Below are positions 18,415-28,461 of a DNA stretch of 64,000 nt, piece after piece. This DNA comes from Patescibacteria group bacterium (GTDB taxonomy: Bacteria > Patescibacteriota > Patescibacteriia > Patescibacteriales > UBA12465). The stretch covers positions 529-64,528 of the forward strand of contig JBMNFW010000001.1 in NCBI GenBank assembly GCA_050949525.1, in the 5' to 3' direction. Made by a program: the position numbers and the translations under genes. Position 1 is the stretch's first letter. Each line of letters starts with the position of its first letter. Below the pieces are notes generated by a model, which had not been told where the DNA came from, searched no databases, and saw nothing but the letters and a program-made list of their open reading frames with translations.

Positions 18415-19108
18415 ATGTTAATCGAATTTATACTTCCATCATATAATGAAGAACAAATTTTAGAAAAAATACTTTAAGACTTTTATCTTTTTTAAAAAAC
18501 AAAACTACTCTTTTGATTGGAAAATAGTATTATTATTAAACGGCACTCACGATCAATCTGAATCCATAGCCTTTAATTTAAAAAATAAAAATAAAGAAAT
18601 TGAAATTTTTTCTTTACCAGAAAAAGGTAAGGGAAACGCTCTAAAAAAATATTTTAATTATAGCTCCGCCTCTTTTCTAATTTATATGGATGTCGATTTA
18701 GCTGTTTCAGAAGATGATTATGATTTGATCATTGGATCCCGCCTATTAAAATCATCACAAACTAATCGAAGCCTATTAAGAGAAATAAGCTCCAGAACCT
18801 ATATCTACCTATCTAAACTAATTATAAAACACCCTTTTTCTGATCTTCAGTGCGGTTTTAAAGGTATAAAAAAAGAGGCCTGGAAACAGATCTCACCTCT
18901 AATCTTAGATAAATATTGGTTTTTTGATACTGAACTCTTAATTTTTACCTCTCGTTTTAATTTTAAATTCAAGGAAATCCCAGTTTCGTGGTCAGAAAAT
19001 CGTTATGAAAAAAGAAAAACTAAAGTGAAGGTTATTAGAGACACCTGGAAATTCATAAAAAATTTGATTCGCCTAAGAAAAAGACTTCTTAAGGAAGATA
19101 TTTTTTAA
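18415..19108 (+). pseudogene. Family-2 glycosyltransferase (Dpm1/DPG-synthase-like) interrupted by a +1 frameshift in an A6 run
   Basis: ATG 18415 gives MLIEFILPSYNEEQILEK then stop at 18475. Removing one A of 18464-18469 continues as YFKTFIFFKKQNYSFDWKIVLLLNGTHDQS...MDVDLAVS...IIGSR, into track ORF 18686-19108. Confidence 0.6.
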
Positions 19109-19473
19109 ACTCCCGTTCTCTAGCTCTCTCCTCTCTTCTACCAGCCATTTTTTTAAAATTTTTAATAATTTTCCATAAAGAAAAAATCATAAAAGCAATC
19201 CAAACTAAATACCAAAAACGAGCTGAAAAAAACATAATTGACTGCCGATCAAAAAAGAATAAAAGTAATCCAATAAATAAATTTAAAAAAGAAAATTCTT
19301 GTAATTTAACTATTAAGGATCTGAAAGATCCTTTTTTATTTTTATAAAAAACTAAAAACAATTCCTAAAATTAAAAGAATAGCTAAAAAAATAATAAATA
19401 TTATTTGAACTGGTTTAATAAAACTAGCGGGAGAAAGATTAAACCAATAATTAAAAGTTAATAAATTAGTCAT
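19089..19473 (-). pseudogene. Small membrane protein, apparently split by a +1 frameshift in a T5 run
   Basis: ATG at 19473 gives MTNLLTFNYWFNLSPASFIKPVQIIFIIFLAILLILGIVFSFL-stop. Removing one T (A5 at 19354-19358 on + strand) joins it to track ORF 19089-19361. Confidence 0.35.
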
Positions 19474-19477
19474 ATAA

Positions 19478-20032
19478 TTAATTTTTATCTTTAATTAATA
19501 AAATACCATAATGATGATCACTAGCTTCAAATTCTTCAATTATTTTTAAAGAAGTCTCCTTTAAAGCTTTTTTCAAATCTTCTTTTTTAATTCGACGACT
19601 TTCATTAGTATTAAAGGGACTATTATCATTATTCCACTCCACAATCAAGGCTTTACCACCGACTTTCAAAAGCCTAACTCCCTCTTTAATAATATTGAGA
19701 TACCGATCAGATTGATGTAGGGTACTAACAATAAAAATACCATCTAAGGATTCGGCCTTTATTTTTGTACCACCAAAAATCTCTAAATCACTCCAAACTG
19801 TCTCTATCTGATCAAGATTTTCAGTTTCAGCTATTCTCCTTATTGAATCCAAACTACTTTTTATAATATCAATTGCATAGATTCTTCCATGCTTACCAAT
19901 TCTTTTAGCTAATGGAAAAACTAAATAACCAAAATTTCCACAACCTAAATCAGCTACTCGATCATTATTAGTGCTAACCACCTTATCAATTAAAATACTA
20001 GTGTTTAGCATTTTACTACTAGATAAATTCAT
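19478..20032 (-). CDS. Class I SAM-dependent methyltransferase
   Basis: Motif I VADLGCGNFGY, motif II IYAIDI. Confidence 0.7.
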   Translation of the reverse strand: MNLSSSKMLNTSILIDKVVSTNNDRVADLGCGNFGYLVFPLAKRIGKHGRIYAIDIIKSSLDSIRRIAETENLDQIETVWSDLEIFGGTKIKAESLDGIFIVSTLHQSDRYLNIIKEGVRLLKVGGKALIVEWNNDNSPFNTNESRRIKKEDLKKALKETSLKIIEEFEASDHHYGILLIKDKN

Positions 20033-20057
20033 ATTATATTATTTAAATAATTAATTT

Positions 20058-20726
20058 TTATTCCACTAAAACTCTTCTAACTACTTCATTTTCCTGACTA
20101 TATTTTTTCTTAGATGTAATAGTAATAGTATTAACCCCAGATTTTAAATAAACTTGGCCAGAGAAACAAGAATCTTTATCAATTAAAACTATCTGACCAT
20201 TTATTTTTACCTCACTCTCAGGTTCTGTACACCCTCCCACTTCGACAAAAAAATCATTAGTAATTTCATTGTTTTCCGGATAATAAATCTCTAAAGTTGG
20301 AGCTAAAAAAATATTTTTAAAATAGAAAAATAAATACAGAAGACAAGCCAAAACTATAAAAAAGATAAGAAATGATCGTCCAATAGATGGAAAAGATAAA
20401 AGATTTTTCCAGCTAACAACTTTATTAAAAAAAATACTTTTTCCAAAACTTTGATTACGATGCTGTTCTTTTACAAAATCATTAACAATATTTTTATCAC
20501 TAATACCTAAATAATCAATATACTTTTTAAAAAATATTTTAGAATAAGCTCCTTGCGGTAAAACCTGATAAGCACCATCTTCAATAGCTTTTAAATACTT
20601 AAGATTAACTTTTATTTCCTGTGATATTTCTTCCAAAGACTTATTTTTTTTCTCTCGAATCCCCTTAAGATAGCTACCGATAAAATCTTGATCTAAAGAT
20701 ACCTTTTTTTTTACAAAAGAACTCAT
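20058..20726 (-). CDS. RodZ-like HTH membrane protein
   Basis: N-terminal XRE-type HTH (IGSYLKGIREKKNKSLEEISQEIKVNLKYLKAIEDG), one TM, C-terminal beta-rich domain. Confidence 0.6.
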   Translation of the reverse strand: MSSFVKKKVSLDQDFIGSYLKGIREKKNKSLEEISQEIKVNLKYLKAIEDGAYQVLPQGAYSKIFFKKYIDYLGISDKNIVNDFVKEQHRNQSFGKSIFFNKVVSWKNLLSFPSIGRSFLIFFIVLACLLYLFFYFKNIFLAPTLEIYYPENNEITNDFFVEVGGCTEPESEVKINGQIVLIDKDSCFSGQVYLKSGVNTITITSKKKYSQENEVVRRVLVE

Positions 20727-20731
20727 AAAAA

Positions 20732-21184
20732 CTAAGGAGCGGTTTGATTAGTTGCTGGTGTAGATGTTGATGGTAAACTACTCCAACTATTAGTATATCC
20801 TAAAGCTTTTAAGGTAAAATCAACTATTAAATAACTAGCAAAAACTATTACTAAACCTATAACGGCGGCAGTTAAAATTCCCTTAGCCTTAGAAACTTTC
20901 TCACTATTTCCAGCTGAAATTAACATCATAACTCCTCCATAAACAAACATTAATAAAGCTAAAGAACCGATTACGCCAAATATTATTTGAGCCACTCTTA
21001 ATCCTATTCTAATCAGATCATTTAACTCATAATTTCCGGTTGAATATTTACTACCTAAACTTGTGTCCTCACTCCCAACAACTATCGGATTAGAAGCATA
21101 ACTAATAGAAACAAAAAGAAAAGAAAAAAGAAAAAAGAAAATAACTAAAAAAATTATTTGTTTTGTTTTGTTTTTATTTTTCAT
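20732..21184 (-). CDS. TrbC/VirB2-like two-TM protein, divergent paralog 7
   Basis: Signal peptide, then FGVIGSLALLMFVYGGVMMLISAGNSEKVSKAKGILTAAVIGLVIVF; same layout as the 12.8-15.6 kb array. Confidence 0.65.
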   Translation of the reverse strand: MKNKNKTKQIIFLVIFFFLFSFLFVSISYASNPIVVGSEDTSLGSKYSTGNYELNDLIRIGLRVAQIIFGVIGSLALLMFVYGGVMMLISAGNSEKVSKAKGILTAAVIGLVIVFASYLIVDFTLKALGYTNSWSSLPSTSTPATNQTAP

Positions 21185-21196
21185 ATTTTTTATTTA

Positions 21197-22564
21197 TTAT
21201 CTAATTGTTTGTTGAATACGATTAGCGTAAAGATTCATAATTTCCATTCCTTTTCCTTCCGTATCCTCTAAAGATTTTTCCACCATTTCGGAGAAGAAGC
21301 CTTCCATTAATATAGGATTTTTCCCTTTATACCAACTTCGAGCTGTTAAAACCTGATCAGCAAAAACTTCTAAGTCTAAATCTTTCTTTTGCTCTGAAAT
21401 TAAAGATCGAAGAGCCGTGGGTTTTTTTGTTTTATCTAAATAAGTTTTAGCCTGTTCTGCTCTAGTCATATATTGAATAAAATTCCAAGCCTCATTTTTA
21501 TACTTACTTTTTTTTGAAACTACTTCTACCCAATAATTAGCAAAGTTAATTGGACTAATACTACCCTCAATCTGAGGTAAGGGGGCGATTAAAAAATTTA
21601 ATTTAGGAGCCTTTGATTTTATAATTGGTAAATGATAAGAATAAGCAAAAATAATAGCTACTTGGCCCGAAGCAAAAGCATCAATAGAATTGGGAAAATC
21701 AGTATTCCAAGAATAAACCTCTTTAACTGGGTCAGCAAAATCATTATAAAAACGAAGAGCCATTTGTCCAGGATTGTAGTTCTTATTCTGAGAATTCGCT
21801 GGAACAGTGTTAAATAAAATCTGTCCAGAATCACTCATCATTATAGCTCCATTTTGTATCATTAAAACTGAGAGAATATCACTAAATCTTTCAATATTTC
21901 GAGCTGTACCCAAAGCAACGCCTGATTGTAAAATATTTCCCTTTAAATCTAATTTAGTAATCTTTTTTACTGTTTGTTGAAAATCATTATTCCAATATTG
22001 TGGAACCTCAACCACCCCCGAAGCATCTAAAAGGTCCTGATTATAATACATCGCCAAAGTATCAACTGATAATGGTAATCCATATATCTTATTATTAATA
22101 ACTACATCCGAATAAACTACATCAACAAAGTTTTGTTTTAACTCCTTTAAATTAATGCTCGGAATAACTCTTTTCTCCGCTACTAACTCTTTTTTGATAG
22201 TCCCTTGAGATACTTGATAAATCATAGTAGTCTGACTTGGTAAAGGTTCAAGTTTAGATTCATATTTTCTCATCCAAGTATTATGAATAGAAAAAATATC
22301 GGGACCACGATCTTCAGCGAAAGCATTTAAAAGAGCTTCCTCATATTCATCATATCTAAGTTTTCGATAATTAATCGTAACATAAGGATGCTGAGCATTA
22401 TATCTTTGTATAATTTCCGCAAAATCATCTTGACCATCAAAAACTCGCCAATAATTTAAAGTGACTGGTTTAGTCGCCTCTTCCACTGTTTGTTTTTTAC
22501 AGCCAGCCCCGGTGGTTAATAATAAAAGAAAGAGGATAAAAATAAGTAAAACTTTTTTATTCAT
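21197..22564 (-). CDS. ABC transporter extracellular solute-binding lipoprotein (sugar-type SBP family 1)
   Basis: Start at MNKKVLLIFILFLLLLTTGAGC (lipobox-like); size and WRVFDG...YNQDLL pattern fit SBP_bac_1. Confidence 0.7.
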   Translation of the reverse strand: MNKKVLLIFILFLLLLTTGAGCKKQTVEEATKPVTLNYWRVFDGQDDFAEIIQRYNAQHPYVTINYRKLRYDEYEEALLNAFAEDRGPDIFSIHNTWMRKYESKLEPLPSQTTMIYQVSQGTIKKELVAEKRVIPSINLKELKQNFVDVVYSDVVINNKIYGLPLSVDTLAMYYNQDLLDASGVVEVPQYWNNDFQQTVKKITKLDLKGNILQSGVALGTARNIERFSDILSVLMIQNGAIMMSDSGQILFNTVPANSQNKNYNPGQMALRFYNDFADPVKEVYSWNTDFPNSIDAFASGQVAIIFAYSYHLPIIKSKAPKLNFLIAPLPQIEGSISPINFANYWVEVVSKKSKYKNEAWNFIQYMTRAEQAKTYLDKTKKPTALRSLISEQKKDLDLEVFADQVLTARSWYKGKNPILMEGFFSEMVEKSLEDTEGKGMEIMNLYANRIQQTIR

Positions 22565-22624
22565 ATATAAAAACAAATCAAGATTATATCTTAATTATAG
22601 CAATTATTTCTAAAAAATAAAACC

Positions 22625-25600
22625 TTATTCGATTTTATCATCTAGCTTAACACTTAAAAGCTTACTAACACCATCATCCTGCATAGTTACCCCATATAAA
22701 ATATTAGCTTTTCGCATAGTGGCTCTATTATGAGAGATAACTATAAATTGAGTTTTATTAGATAAATCATCCAAAATTTGAGCTAAGCGTTCAGAATTAG
22801 CCTCATCTAAAGCAGCATCAACCTCATCTAAAACCACGAAAGGTGAAGGGTTAGCTGAAATAATAGCACATATTAAAGCAATAGCAGTTAAGGCTCGTTC
22901 ACCTCCTGATAACATATTAATTGAAGATATTTTTTTCCCAGGAGGAGTAGCTGAAATATCAATTCCGGAAAAACCAACTGTATTATATTTTTTTAAACGC
23001 TTTATTATTTTAAGATTATCAGCAGTTTCCTCTTCTTTTTTATCTGAAGACTGATCATCAGAATCATCGTCTTTAATGGTTAATATTTTAGCCTGACCAC
23101 CATTGAAAAGAATTTTAAAATATTTATTAAATTTCTCAGAAATTATTTTAAACTCTTTATTAAACTGATCTTTAATAATCTGATCTAATTCAATAATTAT
23201 TTTTTCTAAAGATTTAATAGTTTTATTTAGATCAGTAGTTTGCTCAAAAAGAAAATCATATCTTTCTTTGGTCTCCTGATATTCCTTTTCAGTCTCTGGG
23301 TCAATTCCTCCAATTAAATCTAACTGAGATTTTATTTTACTAATATCATCTCGGCTAGGAATTATATCATCCGCAGAAATATTAAAAGACTTAATTTGAT
23401 CTAAGTTTAGTTTATCATCAGCTATACTTTTCTCTAATTCTTCTATTCGAGTTTCACCTCGAGCTAAATTAAGCTGCTCATCATTAATTTTAGAATCCAA
23501 TTCTCTAATTTTAGATTCTAAATCCTTAATCTGAGCTTGATAAGAAAGAAGCTTCTGTTTTTTATCTTCCTGAGCCTGATTAAAATTATCTATTTTTTCT
23601 TTTAATATGGTAGACTGCGCCTCATTCTCTTTAAATAGATTTTGAACAAAATCTATTTCCTCCTTAACTTTCCCCTCATCAAAAACATTATCTCGACCAG
23701 CAAAAGAATAGGTTTTAAGATTTAATACTAAATCATCAAAACGAGATTGAGATTTAAATGATTTTATTTTTATTTGATTAATTTTTTCTTCAACTGAATT
23801 CAAATTCCGTTGAGATATCTGAAGCTCTTCTTGTCTTTCATTTCTCAAGTTTTTCCAAGTCTCTTCTTGACTTTTTACCTGAACTAAAGATTTTTCTTTT
23901 TGAATCAACAACTCATCAATTTCCTTCAATTCTTTTTCTATTTCATTTTTTTTAGTTTGATTTTCCTCTATCTTATTATCAGCTTGATTTAATTTAATCT
24001 TCCCTAAAACCTCAATTAAATCTTTATTTTTTCGATTTAATCTATTTTTTAAATCTTCTAAATAATTGCTTTCGGACTGATATTCAAGTTGAGCTTGATT
24101 TAAATCTAATAATGATTTTTCGCGACTATTTTTAAGTTCTAATAATTGTTTATTAATGCTTTCGAGACGATATTGATAGGTTTGACCCGAAGAAAAATCT
24201 AATAATTCTTTCAATTTATTCTCAACCTTAATCACGATCTCTCTAAATTCATTTAATTGATCAATATTTTTTGTATTCTCAATTAACTTAATTAACTCAC
24301 TTAAAGCTTGATTAATTTTCTTAGTATTAGTAGGGCTTTCTTCAATATTAATAACTGATAAATTGTTTTCTAATTCTTTAATGTTTTGTCGTAGAATCTC
24401 ATCTTTATCCCTTAAACTTTCTACTTGAGAATTCTTTTTAATTAAAGCCTCTTCTAAAATCTCCAATTCTGACCTAAGATCACTAATATCCTGTGAAATT
24501 TCAGATTGTTGATTATTTAAAAAAGCTAAATCAAATTTTCCCTGCTTTTCTAAACTAACCTCAATCCAAGCTTCAATTTTAGACAAATCTTTATACTTCT
24601 CTTGTCGTAAAGATTTTAACTTAAATAAATCTTCCTCTAATTGTCTTAAATTTTTATCATCAGTAAAAGATTCTCCACCCACCTCTAGCTCCTGAGAAAC
24701 AATCTCAATTTTTTTAATTAATTCATCTTTTTCCTGTTCTAATAAAAGAAGAAGTTCTTGGTCTTCAGCATTAAAATCATCAGTTTTTATTTTTTCTAAA
24801 AGATTAATTTTTTCCAAATATTCCTGTATTTTAGTTTTTTCAGCCTCTAAATCTAAAAACTTTTTTTGTAGTTTATAAAACTCCTCCCCAATAGTTTCAG
24901 CCTGATTATGTTCATCTACTTTTTGCTGACTATCCTCCAAAAATTTATCTTGAACCTCTCTTTCTTTTTTTAACTCATCTATTTCTGTTTTAGTCTTTAA
25001 AATTTGACTATCAATATCCTGCCAAATTTTAGCATAATATTTTAATTGACCTTTTTTAAGTTCTTCCTCTAATCCTTGTCTTTTTTTTAATCTTTGTACT
25101 TGTCGTCCTAAACTTCTCAATCGTGGTTCAATCTCATTTAAAAGCATTTCAACTTTTGACAGATTTTCCTGACTAGTTTCTAATCGATTTAAAGACAATT
25201 CTCTTTTTATTTGATATTGCTTAACTCCAGTGGCTTCATCAAAAAAAGCTTTTCGTTCACTTGGGCTAGTATTTAAAAAATTTTCTACCATACCCTGACC
25301 AATAACGCTATATGTTTTTTGACCAAAATTAACTTTAGCTAAAAACATTTGAACATCACTTAACCTAACCTTATTATTATTAATATAATATTCACTATTT
25401 CCATCTCGAAAAATTCGACGACTGACAACTATTTCCGATAAACCCAAAAGAGCGTCAAGGCTATCTAGCTCTTTTTTTTCATTATTCAGGTCTTTAAACT
25501 TTAATGAACCATTCTCATTATTTAAATACAAAGAAACCTCCGCCATATTTAGACGACTCTTTTTATCAGAACCAGAGAAGATAACATCTTCACTTTTTTT

Positions 25601-25795
25601 ACTCCTTAAAAGCTTAGTACTTTGCTCTCCCAATACCCATCTAATAGCATCAGCAATATTAGATTTGCCAGAACCATTAGGCCCCACAACCACTGTAATA
25701 CCTCTTTTCTGATCTTCTAAAATTCCAGAAAATATTAACTTATTCTTATTAGCAAAAGACTTAAAACCTTGTATTTCTAATTTTTCCAAATACAT
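22625..25795 (-). CDS. smc: Chromosome partition protein SMC
   Basis: Walker A GPNGSGKSN, long coiled coils with hinge, LSGGE signature, Walker B FVVLDEVDAALD. Confidence 0.9.
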   Translation of the reverse strand: MYLEKLEIQGFKSFANKNKLIFSGILEDQKRGITVVVGPNGSGKSNIADAIRWVLGEQSTKLLRSKKSEDVIFSGSDKKSRLNMAEVSLYLNNENGSLKFKDLNNEKKELDSLDALLGLSEIVVSRRIFRDGNSEYYINNNKVRLSDVQMFLAKVNFGQKTYSVIGQGMVENFLNTSPSERKAFFDEATGVKQYQIKRELSLNRLETSQENLSKVEMLLNEIEPRLRSLGRQVQRLKKRQGLEEELKKGQLKYYAKIWQDIDSQILKTKTEIDELKKEREVQDKFLEDSQQKVDEHNQAETIGEEFYKLQKKFLDLEAEKTKIQEYLEKINLLEKIKTDDFNAEDQELLLLLEQEKDELIKKIEIVSQELEVGGESFTDDKNLRQLEEDLFKLKSLRQEKYKDLSKIEAWIEVSLEKQGKFDLAFLNNQQSEISQDISDLRSELEILEEALIKKNSQVESLRDKDEILRQNIKELENNLSVINIEESPTNTKKINQALSELIKLIENTKNIDQLNEFREIVIKVENKLKELLDFSSGQTYQYRLESINKQLLELKNSREKSLLDLNQAQLEYQSESNYLEDLKNRLNRKNKDLIEVLGKIKLNQADNKIEENQTKKNEIEKELKEIDELLIQKEKSLVQVKSQEETWKNLRNERQEELQISQRNLNSVEEKINQIKIKSFKSQSRFDDLVLNLKTYSFAGRDNVFDEGKVKEEIDFVQNLFKENEAQSTILKEKIDNFNQAQEDKKQKLLSYQAQIKDLESKIRELDSKINDEQLNLARGETRIEELEKSIADDKLNLDQIKSFNISADDIIPSRDDISKIKSQLDLIGGIDPETEKEYQETKERYDFLFEQTTDLNKTIKSLEKIIIELDQIIKDQFNKEFKIISEKFNKYFKILFNGGQAKILTIKDDDSDDQSSDKKEEETADNLKIIKRLKKYNTVGFSGIDISATPPGKKISSINMLSGGERALTAIALICAIISANPSPFVVLDEVDAALDEANSERLAQILDDLSNKTQFIVISHNRATMRKANILYGVTMQDDGVSKLLSVKLDDKIE

Positions 25796-25850
25796 AATAA
25801 TGATTTAAAACTATTATATTATACAAAACATTTTTTTTAAAATCAATTTT

Positions 25851-25881
25851 AATAAAAAACCAACCCCCGAAGAGGTTAGTT
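25851..25881 (-). terminator. Rho-independent terminator after the lysine-rich protein gene
   Basis: - strand AACUAACC-ucuucggg-GGUUGGUU + U-run; the single non-WC pair is G.U only on the - strand. Confidence 0.6.
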
Positions 25882-25905
25882 TTTATAAAAGAGAAAAATA
25901 AAAAA

Positions 25906-26181
25906 CTATTTCTTCTTAGCAACAACTTTCTTTTTAGCTACTGGTTTCTTAGCTACAACTTTTTTCTTAGTTGTTGGCTTCTTAGCTGCAACTTTCTTTT
26001 TAGCCACAACCTTTTTCTTAGCTACTGGTTTTTTAGCTGCAACTTTCTTTTTAGCTACTGGTTTCTTAGCAGCTGTTTTTTTAGCTACAACTTTTTTCTT
26101 AGCTACTGGCTTCTTAGCTACAACCTTTTTCTTGGCTGCAACTTTCTTTTTAGCTACTGGTTTCTTAGTAGTCTTTTTCAT
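25906..26181 (-). CDS. Lysine/alanine-rich histone H1-like (Hc1/AlgP-like) repeat protein
   Basis: Start at MKKTTKK; about 90% K/A/V/P in KKPVAKKKVVA-type repeats encoded by a degenerate DNA tandem repeat. Confidence 0.65.
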   Translation of the reverse strand: MKKTTKKPVAKKKVAAKKKVVAKKPVAKKKVVAKKTAAKKPVAKKKVAAKKPVAKKKVVAKKKVAAKKPTTKKKVVAKKPVAKKKVVAKKK

Positions 26182-26277
26182 AATAAAAAAATTATTTTTA
26201 TTTAGCATAGGAACCGACCCATTCCTAATTAAATCTAAATTAATTATACCATAAATTTTTTAATACAACAATATAAA

Positions 26278-26739
26278 TTAATTATTTTTTATTAACTCTA
26301 ATTTATCACCCACACTTAAATTATATTGGTCAGAAAACCCAGCTTTCAATTCTAAAACTTTATCAACTGGAACACTAGAGCTATAAATAATTTCTTGTGA
26401 CTCTAAATCAAATGGAAGGTTTTTATGAATATCCACTATCTCATTATCATCAATAAATATAATATCAATCGACATTAACATATCTCTCATAACAAACTTT
26501 CTAATCTCTTTATCAGGAAATAAAAATATCATTCCACTATTATCATCTAACGATTCACGAAAACTAAGACCTTGATAATGTTGCTGGGGGGTACGAGCAA
26601 TTTCCAATTCAATCTGAATTGAATTAATTTTAAGAAAATACTTTTCCTCCTTTTTGTTTTCTAAAAACAGAAAAAGAAAAATAATTAAAATACCAAACAA
26701 AAGAAATAAAAATATTTTAAAGATAGGCTTCTTGGACAT
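26278..26739 (-). CDS. DUF192 family protein with N-terminal TM anchor
   Basis: Start at MSKKPIFKIF; GLSFRESLDDNSGMIFLF...FVMRDMLMSIDIIFID matches DUF192 pattern. Confidence 0.7.
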   Translation of the reverse strand: MSKKPIFKIFLFLLFGILIIFLFLFLENKKEEKYFLKINSIQIELEIARTPQQHYQGLSFRESLDDNSGMIFLFPDKEIRKFVMRDMLMSIDIIFIDDNEIVDIHKNLPFDLESQEIIYSSSVPVDKVLELKAGFSDQYNLSVGDKLELIKNN

Positions 26740-28384
26740 ATTGCTGTACCATTCTTTCGGTATTAAAAAAAGAAGCATTAATAGCAATGGTGTGTCTCAT
26801 ACTTTCTTGCCATTTTTCAGGAGTTTGATAATAACGTGGCAAGATACGATGCTCTAACCTATAATACAAACTTTCCGCATCTTTTTTATTTAAGTTTTTT
26901 AAATCTAAATGTGACCTTCGTCCACCAATAGCCCAACCTGTTTTTCTGTTAACAAAACCTTCCACCCACCAACCATCTAAGGTGCTAAAATGAGGCACCC
27001 CATTATGAGCCGCTTTCATACCACTAGTTCCAGAAGCTTCATTAGGAGGTAAAGGAGTATTAAGCCAAATATCAACTCCAGCTATTAAGACCTTAGCTAA
27101 ATCCATTTCATAATTTTCTAAGAAAATTATTTGAATATCTTTTTTATACTTCTCCTTAATATCATTAATATTTTTAATCATATTTTTTCCATCAATATCA
27201 TTAGGATGTGCTTTTCCAGCATAAATAATTTGGATCTTTCCAACTGTCTTATGAATACTCATTAATTTATTAATATTATAAAATAATAAATTAGATCGTT
27301 TATAACCAGTAAATCTTCGAGCAAAGCCAATAGTAAAAATATTTTCATCTAGTTTTATTTTTTGTGTTTGATAAATATATTTTATTAACTTTCTTTTATT
27401 AACCTGATGAGCTTTCCAAATTTCAGTTAAAGGAATATTAAAAGCATTTCTTAAAGATAAATTACATTTCCGCCAATTAGGAATATATTTATCAAACAAT
27501 CTTTTAAATTCATCGCTAGTCCAAGTTTCAGAATGAACACCATTAGTAATAGCATGAACTGGATAATCAGGAAACATTTTACTAGAAACTTCTTGATGAC
27601 TCATGGCCACACCATTAATATATTGACTGAAGTAAAGACCAACTCTAGTCATATTGATTTCACCATTTCTTACTAAACCGGGTAATTTAAAAGGGAAATC
27701 CATTTGAAATTTTTTAAAAAAATCTAAAGCAAAAACATCGTGCCCAGCATTAACTGGAGTATGTGTGGTAAAAACACATTTATTTTGGACTTCTTTAATT
27801 TTATCTTTATTACTCTTAGCTCTTGAATTTGAAAATAACTCAATAGCAGCTAGACTACCATGGCCCTCATTAATATGAAACTTTTTTATTTTTTGACCAA
27901 ATATAGATTTTATAAACTTTACTCCTCCTCGACCTAAAAGTATTTCCTGCTTCAGTCGATATTCTCGATCCGCTTTATACAATTGACCACTTAAATTTAA
28001 ATACTCCTTTTTATTCCCCTTAATATTAGTGTGTAATAAAAATACAGGAACCTTAAACCCAGTTTTACCAATAATATCATATTGAAAAACCCCGACTTTA
28101 ACTTGATCTTTCCCAATTTTTATCAACACTGTTTTATTCACTTTTTTTAATTTAGAAAAATCGTATTCGACTAAACGCTCTTCTTGTTCTCCTTTTTCAT
28201 TTATTTTTTGTTTAAAATATCCTTGATCATTTAGAAGGGTTATTCCAATCATTGGCACTCTAAGATCAGCCGCCGATCTTAAAGTATCTCCAGCTAAAAC
28301 TCCTAGACCTCCAGAATAAGTTTTAATATCATTTTCTAAAGCAATCTCCATACTGAGATAAACTATTTGTTTTCTTTCTATCAT
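26717..28384 (-). CDS. glgP: Alpha-glucan (glycogen/maltodextrin) phosphorylase, short GT35 form
   Basis: YSGGLGVLAGDTLRSAADL N-terminus and PLP-site EASGTSGMKAAHNG. Confidence 0.8.
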   Translation of the reverse strand: MIERKQIVYLSMEIALENDIKTYSGGLGVLAGDTLRSAADLRVPMIGITLLNDQGYFKQKINEKGEQEERLVEYDFSKLKKVNKTVLIKIGKDQVKVGVFQYDIIGKTGFKVPVFLLHTNIKGNKKEYLNLSGQLYKADREYRLKQEILLGRGGVKFIKSIFGQKIKKFHINEGHGSLAAIELFSNSRAKSNKDKIKEVQNKCVFTTHTPVNAGHDVFALDFFKKFQMDFPFKLPGLVRNGEINMTRVGLYFSQYINGVAMSHQEVSSKMFPDYPVHAITNGVHSETWTSDEFKRLFDKYIPNWRKCNLSLRNAFNIPLTEIWKAHQVNKRKLIKYIYQTQKIKLDENIFTIGFARRFTGYKRSNLLFYNINKLMSIHKTVGKIQIIYAGKAHPNDIDGKNMIKNINDIKEKYKKDIQIIFLENYEMDLAKVLIAGVDIWLNTPLPPNEASGTSGMKAAHNGVPHFSTLDGWWVEGFVNRKTGWAIGGRRSHLDLKNLNKKDAESLYYRLEHRILPRYYQTPEKWQESMRHTIAINASFFNTERMVQQYVQEAYL

Positions 28385-28461
28385 TTAATTAAAATAAATT
28401 ATAAGATAGAAATATTTTATCATAAATTTTATTTTTTTTAAAATTTTGCTAAAATATAAAA

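Noticed and set aside
25906-26208. DNA tandem repeats as CRISPR or non-coding satellite
   Set aside because: The repeats are in frame within an ORF encoding a K/A-rich protein. There is no repeat-spacer organisation and no cas genes.
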